This document shows, piece by piece, positions 1-12,584 of a DNA stretch of 64,000 bases (within the stretch, counting starts at the first letter, position 1; every line of letters starts with the position of its first letter). Below the pieces are notes generated by a model, which did not search any database, had not been told where the DNA came from, and saw nothing but the letters and a program-made list of their open reading frames with translations. Origin of the DNA: Balanoglossus misakiensis (taxonomy: Eukaryota; Animalia; Hemichordata); NCBI GenBank assembly GCA_040954595.2, contig CM082593.2:9185200-9249199 (forward strand). The letters run 5' to 3'. Position numbers and translations under genes: made by a program.

Positions 1-438
1 GTACAATATCGATGATCGTGGCATAGACTTTCATTGGTTTTCGGGGAATTCACGCGGGTGACTTCCGTCTAGGTAATGTGTTGCTGCAACCACGGCAACC
101 ACCTCTTTTTCCCATTGTGGTATTACACAGAAAAGCACGAAAACACCGTATGACACCTGTGAGCATCGCTAAAGCTGGTCTATTTTATGAGAACAAAACA
201 AATATTATAGAAATCGATACCCGAAAAATATTGTCACTTTTGGTAAATATTAGATTTCTTTCAATCATTTTTTAACCTTCTGATAAGATTTAAAAAGGCA
301 AGATATGCTCTTTAAGCTTTCACTTGTTTTCCAATTTTATTATTTTCAGTAGAAAATGCACTAAGATGTATGTGTATTACGTTTGTCAGGAAATAAATAA
401 TAATAAAATTAAAAATAATAAACTATCTTTGATTTCAG

Positions 439-546
439 ATGTCAATAAGAGAGCAGATCTTTGTGAACGCCAGTGTGTGAATACAGCAGGCTCTTTTTAT
501 TGCACTTGTTCTGTGGGATATTGATTGGTCAATGGAGAGTGTACAG
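439..546 (+). pseudogene. Decayed calcium-binding EGF-like exon (phase 1-1, 108 nt)
   Basis: tttgatttcag|ATGTC...GTACAG|gtaag. Translates (D)VNKRADLCERQCVNTAGSFYCTCSVGY*LVNGECT, a cbEGF consensus CxNTxGSFxCxCxxGY with the first Cys missing and an in-frame TGA. Confidence 0.85.
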
Positions 547-863
547 GTAAGACCAGCACAATATGTGGACAACGAAAGGTCCAGTATCTGTAACTTTTGA
601 ATTTTTATTCAGTATTTTTCTGGTTATCAACCATCATTTCTTGTTCAGCTCGATGGGTAAGCAATGTTGTTATGTGTAAACATTGTATTCAAGCCTGGGT
701 CTGGACTTGGATGCAATTTGTCAATAATAACAGTGATTGGTAACTGCATGTTTACATAACTGGCTAACTGTTAAAGAGACCAGCTGTTCTATTTGGTGTG
801 TGTACAGTACACATGCCATTGGCAGCTTATGGGTCAGCCAATGTTTGCCTGTTGATCTCTTGA

Positions 864-885
864 TGTGTGTGTGTGTGTGTGTGTG
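864..885. repeat. (TG)n microsatellite (same length at 4950-4971)
   Basis: Read directly from the sequence. Confidence 0.95.
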
Positions 886-1064
886 TCTGTCTGTATATGT
901 ACTCCGGTGTAGACTTTTTTCTTGTATTATCCGTGAATGGGACCACCGTGTACTTAACACAATTTCTTACACTCATCAGGGATATTTTGGCTTGTCTAAC
1001 ACGAGCTAAAAATATCCCCAACTCGTCTGAGAAATCTTTTACCAGGTCCTAAGGTTGTAAGACT

Positions 1065-1385
1065 AATAGAATCTCACACTCCCAAGGACTTGGGATCATA
1101 TTTCTCACATGTGTTGAGGATTTTCTGTCCCAAACAAGCTGCAGTCGAGTGTGGGACAAAATATCCCTGACGAGTGTGAGAAATATGATCCCAGGTCCTT
1201 GGTGTGTGAGATTATATTTCTCACACGGCCACAAATTAGCCAAATTCGTTTTAAAACATTAAATAAATGACTCTTGAACTGTCATCTGGCACGTTGTAGT
1301 TTCTGTATCATAGGATAACATTTAGCTTTGTCATCCAATCTGAATCAGCGCTTGTGTCATATGAGCTTTCGATTCAGTGAGAATG
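1065..1385. mobile_element. Degraded hairpin-bearing non-autonomous element (long palindrome plus CCAAT module); second copy ~5151-5471
   Basis: Imperfect ~75-bp inverted arms at 1065-1218 (aatctcacac..ccaaggacttgggatcatatttctcaca / tgtgagaaatatgatcccaggtccttgg..gtgtgagatt), followed by a module containing ccaatc. A more decayed relative lies at ~955-1060. The right end is approximate. Confidence 0.6.
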
Positions 1386-1424
1386 TGTGATTGATTTGTT
1401 GTTCATTGTTCAGGTGCACAACAG

Positions 1425-2545
1425 TGCACGTTAATTGATTGTCAAGGCCTCCAGCCCATAGGTAAGAGGGCATAAAGGTAATCAGAAAATTGTACGAAAA
1501 TGAAATAAATAATACATGTACTCAAATAATATAAATGGCAACATCAAGCAGCACTTGTGTGGAAGTACGTACTCGGGATACAAAGTGAGGAACTTAGCAG
1601 ATTAAGTTTTTTAACACATTTTCTCTAAGTTTAAAGGCATTGTAAACATAAATACTTGAGGATTCTGATGCGCTCATGATATTAACAAACATTTGAATGT
1701 GGGGAATTTTAGTGTAACCAATATATTGTTTTCTAAGACTGTCATATAAGGGGCAAACAAGTAAAAAGTGATACTCGTCTTCTATTTGTGCACCAGAGCA
1801 TAGCCTACAGTGTCTCTCTGAAACGTCCACATTCTGATCTCTTCCCTCCTCTATTGCAAGAGGAAGGGCAGAACAGCGAAAACATGCAAAAATGTCTTTG
1901 ACATTACGTGTACAGTTGACATTAACTACTTTTCAGGCTGTAACAATTATTTAAAATGTGTGTATGTACGGAGTTTGGTTTTGGACGGACAGTGTGATTT
2001 CCATTGTTGCTTCAAAATATCTGAAATTCTTGTCTCAAATGCTGAAAGGAACAAAAGATTATCGCCTCTTTCCTGAGAAATCCAGGCGAAAATAAAATGT
2101 GTTTCACCGATGTTGCCCAAGTGTGACGGCCTAAACAGTCAAGATTACGTATGTAGCATTAAATATGCTTGCCTAGGGAGTCTTTCCTGTGGCATCTCTA
2201 TAAGTTTCACCCAGTAACGAATACAACATTGTGTGAACATACACTGGCAACCGCCCACATTCTCCAATAACAGCTTCATTGGTAGTGTTCCTTGGCACAC
2301 CTAGAAAAATTCTGCACCATGTTCTTTGCATTTTTTCTATGATGTCATAAAACTCAAGTCTCCGATCCATAACAAAGAATGAGTAAGATCATGGCATCAA
2401 ACACCTTGAAGTGACATTCAAATGGCATATACCCTAGTTTCCACCTGGCAACTGAGAGTAGAGACAACACCTTGCTGGCTTGATTAGCCAATGTTTGCAC
2501 TGCTCTGGACCAGGTGTTGCGATTTAACAAAAGTGAACCTAAGAG
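1425..2545 (-). mobile_element. 3' fragment of a non-LTR retrotransposon (ORF2 C-terminus, frameshifted)
   Basis: Minus-strand peptides AVQTLANQASKVL..FDAMILLILCYGSE, IEKMQRTWCRIFLGVPRNTTNEAVIGECGRLP and the C-terminal CCHC motif CRLC..IEDEYHFLLVCPLY, typical of LINE ORF2 ends. Ends are approximate. Confidence 0.85.
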
Positions 2546-4086
2546 TTTGAACAATGTCCTTGTAATAGACAGGTTTTGGTTGAGACAGGTTTTACTGTAT
2601 TTTGATACATGCTCTGGCTTAACCATTTCACCACCATGGTGGAAGAGTGCGTCCAAAAACACCTAAAATCGATGACTTTTTCCGCTGTGGTACGGGTATG
2701 CTGAAATCGTAGGATACAACAATAATATTCGAAAACAAAATCCGTCACGATCTTCCCTGGTTCAAGCAACTAATGAATACGTATCAAGTTCGTTTTTGAG
2801 GTCACGGAATAAAAAGCCTTAGGCTTTTGAAATTTGACCTAGCTAATTTGCATATCAATGGCGTCAGGGGGCGCGCGCTCACAATCGTGCAGATTTTCAA
2901 CTAGTTACCAGCCCCTTGTTAGACTCTGAAAACGGCTTAGTCCAAATCGGGGTGTAATGTCCTGCAAAGGCCCATAGCAACGGGCAAAAAGATCCGGGGG
3001 ACCCATCTTAAACCGTGGAATATTGCCCAAAGGTTTAGGACTAGAGTGTTGGGTCTCAATCTACTTATCTTGGACAATGTCAACTTATTGACAACTGATA
3101 TATCGTGGTCTTTTGGCGATTTTCGATCACTGCCTCAACAGACAAAATACGCGCGTGTTATTACAAGGGAACTCCATCAGCGCCAATGCGTGTACACGCA
3201 GTCAGCAGCGATGACACATATCGCGCCGCGATGTATATGTACCATGCCAGCACTAAAATTCTGTCTTCTGAATTACATGTAAGCTATATGCCTTTTTGGT
3301 GATGACAAACAGAAACATTTATGACTTGTCGCTGTAATCATGAAAGTTCCTTCACATGCTTCATACTGCATTATAACAAAATGAAACCATACAACCAACA
3401 GCAACAGGCGATCATGCCGGGCCGACCCACTCACGCTCACAAAGCATGAAACATTTTCATTGATACACACGAATATCCATGTTTGGAAACGGTTTTCACT
3501 CACACGCGGCAAAATTTATTCAACACATTTTGTTTCAAAATTTGTACAGTGTGTTTTGGAACCGATGAGTCGGACATAGTGCGACGTAAAACTTGTAAAC
3601 AAAGAAATTAGAAAAGAAAGATGGCGACCATTCAGCCGAAGCCATACAAAGGTATGACTGAAAAAAATGTGAAATAGTAACAGTAATATTTTGAACGTTC
3701 AAGTTTTCACATTGATTGCTGTCAACCTTAATTATCGAAGTTTGCGGTCCCTGGGTACCGGGTAGCCAGACGAAAGAGTGAATAATTATAAGCAATCTCG
3801 ACATGATGTCGGCCAGCGCAAAATTGTGTTTACGCCTCCTGCCAGTTCACCTTCTACTGTGTAATCGCGGTCGCTGGAACACTGAATGAACACCAATATC
3901 GGGTATAAACGATCAGTTGTGCTCTGAATTGAATATTGATCACTGGTCGACCTCTCCTACTGACAGGCTTCTATTTTCCTGTAAGGGTGTGGATTGTCTT
4001 CTCGTGATTCAAACCTGGCCGATTATCGTTCAACGGTCATGCATTGACAGTTACGGCCGCCGCCGCCGGATGGCTTCATATCCACC

Positions 4087-4401
4087 GTACAATATCGATG
4101 ATCGTGGCATAGACTTTCATTGGTTTTCGGGGAATTCACGCGGGTGACTTCCGTCTAGGTAATGTGTTGCTGCAACCACGGCAACCACCTCTTTTTCCCA
4201 TTGTGGTATTACACAGAAAAGCACGAAAACACCGTATGACACCTGTGAGCATCGCTAAAGCTGGTCTATTTTATGAGAACAAAACAAATATTATAGAAAT
4301 CGATACCCGAAAAATATTGTCACTTTTGGTAAATATTAGATTTCTTTCAATCATTTTTTAACCTTCTGATAAGATTTAAAAAGGCAAGATATGCTCTTTA
4401 A
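4087..4401. mobile_element. Possible terminus of a Kolobok-like (TTAA) DNA transposon; also at 1-315, with a second candidate end at ~3007-3010
   Basis: Ends ...ggcaagatatgctct|TTAA and ...ggggacccatc|TTAA resemble RR..YY termini next to TTAA. No partner TIR was found, so this is inference only. Confidence 0.3.
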
Positions 4402-4524
4402 GCTTTCACTTGTTTTCCAATTTTATTATTTTCAGTAGAAAATGCACTAAGATGTATGTGTATTACGTTTGTCAGGAAATAAATAATAATAAAATTAAAA
4501 ATAATAAACTATCTTTGATTTCAG

Positions 4525-4632
4525 ATGTCAATAAGAGAGCAGATCTTTGTGAACGCCAGTGTGTGAATACAGCAGGCTCTTTTTATTGCACTTGTTCTGT
4601 GGGATATTGATTGGTCAATGGAGAGTGTACAG
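4525..4632 (+). pseudogene. Second copy of the decayed cbEGF exon
   Basis: Identical to 439-546 at +4086. Confidence 0.85.
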
Positions 4633-5510
4633 GTAAGACCAGCACAATATGTGGACAACGAAAGGTCCAGTATCTGTAACTTTTGAATTTTTATTCAGTA
4701 TTTTTCTGGTTATCAACCATCATTTCTTGTTCAGCTCGATGGGTAAGCAATGTTGTTATGTGTAAACATTGTATTCAAGCCTGGGTCTGGACTTGGATGC
4801 AATTTGTCAATAATAACAGTGATTGGTAACTGCATGTTTACATAACTGGCTAACTGTTAAAGAGACCAGCTGTTCTATTTGGTGTGTGTACAGTACACAT
4901 GCCATTGGCAGCTTATGGGTCAGCCAATGTTTGCCTGTTGATCTCTTGATGTGTGTGTGTGTGTGTGTGTGTCTGTCTGTATATGTACTCCGGTGTAGAC
5001 TTTTTTCTTGTATTATCCGTGAATGGGACCACCGTGTACTTAACACAATTTCTTACACTCATCAGGGATATTTTGGCTTGTCTAACACGAGCTAAAAATA
5101 TCCCCAACTCGTCTGAGAAATCTTTTACCAGGTCCTAAGGTTGTAAGACTAATAGAATCTCACACTCCCAAGGACTTGGGATCATATTTCTCACATGTGT
5201 TGAGGATTTTCTGTCCCAAACAAGCTGCAGTCGAGTGTGGGACAAAATATCCCTGACGAGTGTGAGAAATATGATCCCAGGTCCTTGGTGTGTGAGATTA
5301 TATTTCTCACACGGCCACAAATTAGCCAAATTCGTTTTAAAACATTAAATAAATGACTCTTGAACTGTCATCTGGCACGTTGTAGTTTCTGTATCATAGG
5401 ATAACATTTAGCTTTGTCATCCAATCTGAATCAGCGCTTGTGTCATATGAGCTTTCGATTCAGTGAGAATGTGTGATTGATTTGTTGTTCATTGTTCAGG
5501 TGCACAACAG

Positions 5511-6631
5511 TGCACGTTAATTGATTGTCAAGGCCTCCAGCCCATAGGTAAGAGGGCATAAAGGTAATCAGAAAATTGTACGAAAATGAAATAAATAATA
5601 CATGTACTCAAATAATATAAATGGCAACATCAAGCAGCACTTGTGTGGAAGTACGTACTCGGGATACAAAGTGAGGAACTTAGCAGATTAAGTTTTTTAA
5701 CACATTTTCTCTAAGTTTAAAGGCATTGTAAACATAAATACTTGAGGATTCTGATGCGCTCATGATATTAACAAACATTTGAATGTGGGGAATTTTAGTG
5801 TAACCAATATATTGTTTTCTAAGACTGTCATATAAGGGGCAAACAAGTAAAAAGTGATACTCGTCTTCTATTTGTGCACCAGAGCATAGCCTACAGTGTC
5901 TCTCTGAAACGTCCACATTCTGATCTCTTCCCTCCTCTATTGCAAGAGGAAGGGCAGAACAGCGAAAACATGCAAAAATGTCTTTGACATTACGTGTACA
6001 GTTGACATTAACTACTTTTCAGGCTGTAACAATTATTTAAAATGTGTGTATGTACGGAGTTTGGTTTTGGACGGACAGTGTGATTTCCATTGTTGCTTCA
6101 AAATATCTGAAATTCTTGTCTCAAATGCTGAAAGGAACAAAAGATTATCGCCTCTTTCCTGAGAAATCCAGGCGAAAATAAAATGTGTTTCACCGATGTT
6201 GCCCAAGTGTGACGGCCTAAACAGTCAAGATTACGTATGTAGCATTAAATATGCTTGCCTAGGGAGTCTTTCCTGTGGCATCTCTATAAGTTTCACCCAG
6301 TAACGAATACAACATTGTGTGAACATACACTGGCAACCGCCCACATTCTCCAATAACAGCTTCATTGGTAGTGTTCCTTGGCACACCTAGAAAAATTCTG
6401 CACCATGTTCTTTGCATTTTTTCTATGATGTCATAAAACTCAAGTCTCCGATCCATAACAAAGAATGAGTAAGATCATGGCATCAAACACCTTGAAGTGA
6501 CATTCAAATGGCATATACCCTAGTTTCCACCTGGCAACTGAGAGTAGAGACAACACCTTGCTGGCTTGATTAGCCAATGTTTGCACTGCTCTGGACCAGG
6601 TGTTGCGATTTAACAAAAGTGAACCTAGGAG
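5511..6631 (-). mobile_element. Duplicate of the LINE ORF2 3' fragment
   Basis: Same as 1425-2545 at +4086. Confidence 0.85.
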
Positions 6632-9089
6632 TTTGAACAATGTCCTTGTAATAGACAGGTTTTGGTTGAGACAGGTTTTACTGTATTTTGATACATGCTC
6701 TGGCTTAACCATTTCACCACCATGGTACAGTCCAAACCCGTTGTTTTCTATGGTAAGGTTGGACCTCTAAAAAGGGAACTGGGAGGTTCTTTCTGGGAAT
6801 CTCTTTATTTCTTCTGTCACAAAAATTGCATGGGAGTTCTAATTCTAAAAGGAGCACTGATTTGATAAAATATCTCAAAGTCAAGTTTTGGATGTGGCTC
6901 CAGTTCAAGTATTGTAGGTGACTAGTTTTCCGGAGTTCAAGTCTGTATACTTGCAGTAGAGTTGGTCACATGGACTTGGGTAATCTGAGTGTGGTCAGAA
7001 ATTGAACTTACACACACACATTGATTGAGTTAAGAACATGTCTGGTGTATTACTGTAATATGACTAGATACTGCAAATGCATAAACAATAAGCGTATGTT
7101 AAAACACACAGTTTTCATTGATATATCTGATTCATGAAATTAAATACACATGTTCATTAAAACCCACTATGATAGAGCGCCCCCACTGTTCAGAATGCCA
7201 GTTTTGAAGTCCTACATCTATGACGTCATGCCTAGCTGTCAATGTTAACTGATGTGTACTTGTACTACTTGTAAATGGAAGTACTTTAAAGTAAAGCTCA
7301 GATGTAAGGGTTTTGTAAAATAAATATAATATTAAAACATTGCAATCATTTTAGTCCTTCGGAACAGCGGTCCAATTGACTAATGTGATCACTCTGTGTG
7401 CGGCATATGGCATATTAAGCATTTAGTATTTTTCAATCAGAAGCCATTAATCCTGTGATTAATTCTGTTTCTTGCAACACTGATTTTAAATCACCACACA
7501 TGAATATTTTTATCCAAAGGACTGTGGTGCCCAAGTTTTTATGATAAGATAAACAAACAGTGAAATTCACTGAAGAAGTGAGTGAGCACTTGCCCATTCA
7601 TTGTTCAATGAAATGTGACCACCAATTCATTGACGCCTTGAGCATAGCAACAACAACCTGTGTATTGACGATACTGCCTGTAGCCTTTCAGTTGATGTTG
7701 CTTGATGTACATATATGACTGGAGTCGATCATTTGTGTTTTTTGTTGCATTGTTATTTTTAACAGCGTATTAAGCAATTTTTTGTTTGAGTTCTTCATTC
7801 AGTGATGGTAGCTGACTAAAATCTGTGATGGTCGTCAGGTTGTGTATATCAATTTTCAGGATGACTGCTTTTGTAATAAATTCACAAGTTCTGTGACCGT
7901 CACAATAGTGTTCTGAATTATTGGTTTGTTTTCCTGTAGTGTGCATTTACATGTTCCCAGATAGGAAGTTTTAATGGGTATTAGTGTCAACATCCACAAG
8001 TGACTTGAGGCCAGTGAACTTGCAGTTGTGTGTAGTTTGGATATTAGCTTGTGGTGATATTAACATGGCGAATATCAAAATAGTACAAACAAATGTTTAA
8101 AACAGGACATATCCATAGCTTTCCCTTTCATAATTGGACTGTATTGTTATTGAAGTACAAAGACTTTCCAGCAACATGACATGGCTGGATTTTTTTGTAG
8201 GAAACAAGTCCGGCTGCTATTTGCTGTCTTTGTATTACACTACTAGTAACATCTCCATTTCTAGCTTTGCACCTCACATTCAATGAATAGACCTGTGGAT
8301 GTTTTGACACTTCTCGTCAATGAATGTGTATGGCTGCAGTTTATCAAATGATACACAAATCAAAGGAACAAACAGTGACTTTTATTTCTTTTGAGAACCT
8401 TGCATTCTTATATTTAAATGCTCACTCACTGGCCCCAATTGCAAAATAGCAACATTTAATACATGCGATATTCAATGCGTTTACAGTATTCAAAAATGTT
8501 TGAAATTGAATATTGTGCCAAAGAGTGGTGTTGTCAGTCCAAATATCAAAGCATTGAATGATTGTTCACAGTTTCCTGTATGGTTTGGCCCACCTCTTGT
8601 GAAAAGATGACTTGTGATATAGTGTTGTACATTGAAAAGAAATATATATACATGTATTTTAAATAATTCATATTTTCAATCTAGAAGTGGGAGCTGCTTC
8701 CTCAAGATATAATTGACTGTCAGAATGAAAGGCAAGCAATTCACACAAGTTAACTCCAACACAACAACTCTTCAATTAAATAATTGACATCAGATAACCA
8801 CAAAGGCATTATTCAAATAAATTGTATAAATGCAGTTACAAGATTTGATGTCTGAAATTTACTGATAGGTGTAGATTTTGTCAGCATTTCCCTTCCTGGG
8901 TTTCTTTGCGATGAGTTGTTTTGCGTAGTAGAATGGAACAGTGCCCGGTCCGGATTGGTCACATTAATGTTCAGAGAGAAAGTTAATTTGGCAACTGCTC
9001 ATTGTATGAAAGGTCATAGGGTTAAGATGTCTTATGTCAAAGTCACTTATGAATCCCTTAAAGATAAATGTAACCTATCTTATTGACAG

Positions 9090-9140
9090 ATAAGCCAGCA
9101 ACAACAGAGAAATGTTATACACCCAAATGCTATCAACGAG
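9090..9140 (+). pseudogene. Gln-rich protein pseudogene, internal exon (51 nt, phase 0-0)
   Basis: ttattgacag|ATAAGC...AACGAG|gtgagc; ISQQQQRNVIHPNAINE. Confidence 0.65.
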
Positions 9141-11291
9141 GTGAGCTTCTGTCTATCTAGGAAATGGTGCCACACTGCTACTGATAAGGACAAAAAAAGA
9201 GTTTTGTTTAGCGCATAGGAAAATGTCAAAAATTTTAGTTATGGTAAACAACCAACACGCAAACATTTATTTTCTTTTCAATTGTTTGATAAAATTATTA
9301 TAACTATCCCAAAATTTGCAGCTTGTGTGCCTTTAAAATTCAAATTCCTGTCCAAAGGGTGTCTACCCCTGCTGGTCAACTGTTATATAGGCAATTTACA
9401 CAAACACGTACCAGTATAGATTCGACCACAGTCCTGTTGGCAAACATGCTCCAATGGTCTTTGCAGACAACCATCATAAATGCATGAAACGCAGCACGCT
9501 CATTCAGTCCGATAATAGGTGCTAAAACATAACATTTTGACATCACTAACATTTTTCCCAGTGACCAAATTTTCTCAGTTTGAATCGACTGTTGATTTTG
9601 TGGAAACATTAACATGGCCAGTTTTGTCCAGTGGCTGTGATTGAAACCATCTCCAATACCAGAAAAATGCTGATCCAAAACAAACGTTAAGCACAAATTG
9701 TCATTTTGACTCGTATACTCAGAGTTTCGGAAACTTGATCAAGTAATATGACTTCAGAGAGGGGGGGGGGGGAGCAGTATCCCCTTCCATTTATTGGCTG
9801 TTTAAACAGATGTGTCAGTTATGTTGAAGCATTCTTCTTGCTTTATGCAGATGCAATTTGCGCCCCCATCCTCTACATACTGTAATCAGTCTCAGTGTTT
9901 GCCTGCTCGAGATTGTCAGTTTTTCATAAAAAGGAAATATTCATTTAAATTAAGCTTTAAATAATCTTATATATGATTTTAATTATGTCTATTAAATGAC
10001 ATTTCATAATATATCAAGATCAACACTTATGTATGACAAAACAGGCCAAAAATGAAAGAAAATCTAAAATTCCTGTATTTTTTAAAAAGTGCAATTTTGC
10101 AATGAAAAATGAAAATCTAATGTCTCAGCGGTGTACATTTACTTGCATGAGTTCTAGTGGAGGAGATCATGTTTTGTTTATGAAGTTCAATAGTCAGAAA
10201 TGCAGCATTTTCATTGTTTCTTGCATTTCCCACGGTGGCAGCCATATTTCTTTATGGCAAAGCTTTATTATTTATCTGGTTAAAACTTGCAAATGCACTC
10301 ATATTTAGGGTTAAAAATACTTGTATACAGTTCAGTGCCTACATCTGCATGGACTAATACTAGTAAAGTTTGAAAAAAAAAAGATAATTATCCCTAAAGT
10401 TTCAACTTATATGCCTGTAAGCGACATACCTTGTATGTGCATGAATTTGTCGTCAACCAGAAACGGATTACTTGTATGAAAATGTTTGGAGTTCTCGCAG
10501 CTATTTTAAATTCACCACTATTATCTTGGGCTGGCCATCTGAAAGGCAGCATGGTTGTCAAAGGATAAATCTTTTATGTCAACCGAGCAACATATTTAAT
10601 ATCATGAAGTGTACACAACATTTGCACTGCTGGAACTATCATGACCACAATACTTGTTTACTCACCATGGAGGTCAACTGGACCCCTATAAAAACGGTAG
10701 AACCGTTTTAATCCCGCTGACTTTCGAATTGCAAAGTACCGTCACAATCAAATTTGATAAGCCTATTTATATGCATTAATTCAAGTTTAAAGGAAAACTC
10801 ATGAAAAAATGTGCGTTTTGGCAGCTATGGAGGTTTACCCCACTGTGTTCACTGATCAGGTTTGCAAAATACATTCAACCTTATGTAGTATGGTAATCAA
10901 ACACTTAAAAATGTGATGTCATATAACAAAGTCCTGTTGAAATACCCTGAAAGAAATAAAGTGTCTGTTTTACTTCTTACAATATACCATGCCAACAATT
11001 CTGCTGATGCAAAATTCAGTTGATGCAACACTTACAGATGTATGCACAGAACATAAAATCAGTATGGGAACCCTCCATTAAAACTTCTGCACTTTGTACC
11101 TGACTTGGCTATTGTCAAGTCGTGTCACTTAATATGTAATATTACCTGTAATCTGTTTGGTTTTGTTATTATTTTGTTATTTCATGCGTCCTTGAGCTTG
11201 GTGGGTGACACACTTTACACACCTGCTTGTTGCATGCATGGCACTATTTTTTGACTAAAAATGTTCCTTCCAGGCCATTAAATTACCTATA

Positions 11292-11467
11292 CAGTAAAAC
11301 TCCAATTATCCGAACTCCAATTATCCGAACTGTTTGGTTATCCAAACTGCTGTCATGTCCCCCAAACAGTTCTTTTGTATAGGATCGCTATCCGAATAAC
11401 CGAACTGTCTGCATATCCGAACAAAATCAATGTCCCCCTGTCAGTTCGGATAATTGGAGTTTTACTG
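11292..11467. mobile_element. Tc1/mariner(pogo)-type MITE
   Basis: TA|CAGTAAAACTCCAATTATCCGAACT ... AGTTCGGATAATTGGAGTTTTACTG|TA: perfect 25-bp TIRs and a TA TSD. Confidence 0.93.
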
Positions 11468-11766
11468 TATTGGGATATATCTTCATTTTGGCAATTTGTA
11501 CGATGGGTAAACACTATTTGACGGGCGGAGAAGGCCTGCTTATTGATATGTATTCTATTGCAACCAATCAGTACACATAGTTAGAGACTGCTCAGCACTC
11601 CAGATCTTATATCGAGAGCGGCCACTATTTCGCGAGTATAAATTTTCGCGTTCTCTTATTTCATTCACTGCATCGTTATCTTCAAAAAAATTTACGTGAC
11701 ACTTTATTTTTACACTATTTTGGCACTTGCGTATTTGGCGAAAATGTATTGCTCGCGAAAAATTAA

Positions 11767-12102
11767 AGCCGCTTGCACACGTGCCATTGTTAGGGCGCCC
11801 TTTTTGGGATTATAAAATTTGGTAAACATTTCTTATCAGTGACTCAAATACTTTTGCATGCACATGTGTATAAAAGGGACAGGGTCATCGCCCTCTACGC
11901 GCGTCCACAGCAGCGTGACTAAAGGTCACAATGTTCACACGTGATTTGAGTCGCTGTTTAGTGCAGCGTCCCGACCCAGGTCCCACCCCTCAACACCGTC
12001 CCCAAAAAAGCCGCTCTCACCTTTTCACACGTGGCACTTACAAATTAACGCCGCCCTAGGGCTGCTGCTGGGGCGGCGTTGATGGCACGTGTGAAAGGCA
12101 CT
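11767..12102. mobile_element. PIF/Harbinger-like MITE nested in an older TA-MITE remnant (~11620-12118)
   Basis: Imperfect TIRs agccgcttgcacacgtgccat / atggcacgtgtgaaaggcact in a TAA context. The flanks (cgcgaaaaatt ... gtgttttacagta) resemble the 14304 MITE family. Confidence 0.6.
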
Positions 12103-12365
12103 AAAGTGTTTTACAGTATGTACTTTTTAATCCCTTCAAATATTTGAATATGATTAATTCCATGATAAGTGGGACAAGAAACCACAGTTGATACCCCAAA
12201 AAAATATTGAGAAAATAACCCGAAGTTGGAGTTACTGAGCTTTAAATTGATTTCAATAATCTCCCAAGTGAAAATTGGCTGAAGCTCCTGTAGTCAGTTA
12301 CCTGTTGGTAGATTGACACATGACAATGATTGACTGTTTACACTTTTCTTTGTTTGATCTTTTAG

Positions 12366-12584
12366 AGGAATATTCAAGCACTGCAAGAGAATCTAGAGAT
12401 GGCACAGAAAATAAGAACTTGAATTGAAGAATCAGCAAGATCAACATGCACGACAAAATCAACTCATAACACAAAGACAACAACAAAAGCAATTACAAAG
12501 ATAGCCCAACAACAACAACAAGCAGTGCAAGCACAGCCATCCAATATACAATCAACAAATCAACAACTAAGACACCACTTTCAA
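12366..12584 (+). pseudogene. Gln-rich protein pseudogene, internal exon (219 nt, phase 0-0, disrupted)
   Basis: tgtttgatcttttag|AGG...TTTCAA|gtaagt. Reads RNIQALQENLEMAQKI/ELELKNQQDQHARQNQLITQRQQQKQLQ/IAQQQQQAVQAQPSNIQSTNQQLRHHFQ assuming two compensating frameshifts; the unshifted frame has TGA at 12420. Confidence 0.7.

Larger units (their letters stand above)
1..2640. repeat. Upstream (window-truncated) copy of a 4086-bp tandem duplication; matches 4087-6726
   Basis: Position 1 gtacaatatcgatg recurs at 4087 and the ORF-track entries repeat at +4086. The copies diverge after accaccatggt (2640 vs 6726). I noticed one substitution (gaacctaagag vs gaacctaggag). Confidence 0.97.
2641..6726. 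repeat. Complete 4086-bp duplication unit
   Basis: The junction 2640/2641 (catggt|ggaagag) marks the unit start; 4087-6726 matches 1-2640. Confidence 0.9.

Noticed and set aside
7516-7532. actgtggtgccc as an inverted partner of gggcaccacagt at 39068-39079 (a 31-kb transposon?)
   Set aside because: The match is 12 bp with a little flanking similarity, lacks the terminal C of CAC, has no TSD, and does not extend inward.
10777-11081. Kolobok-like MITE between two TTAA sites (ttaaaggaaaactc ... gaaccctccattaa)
   Set aside because: Terminal complementarity is too weak to support without other copies.
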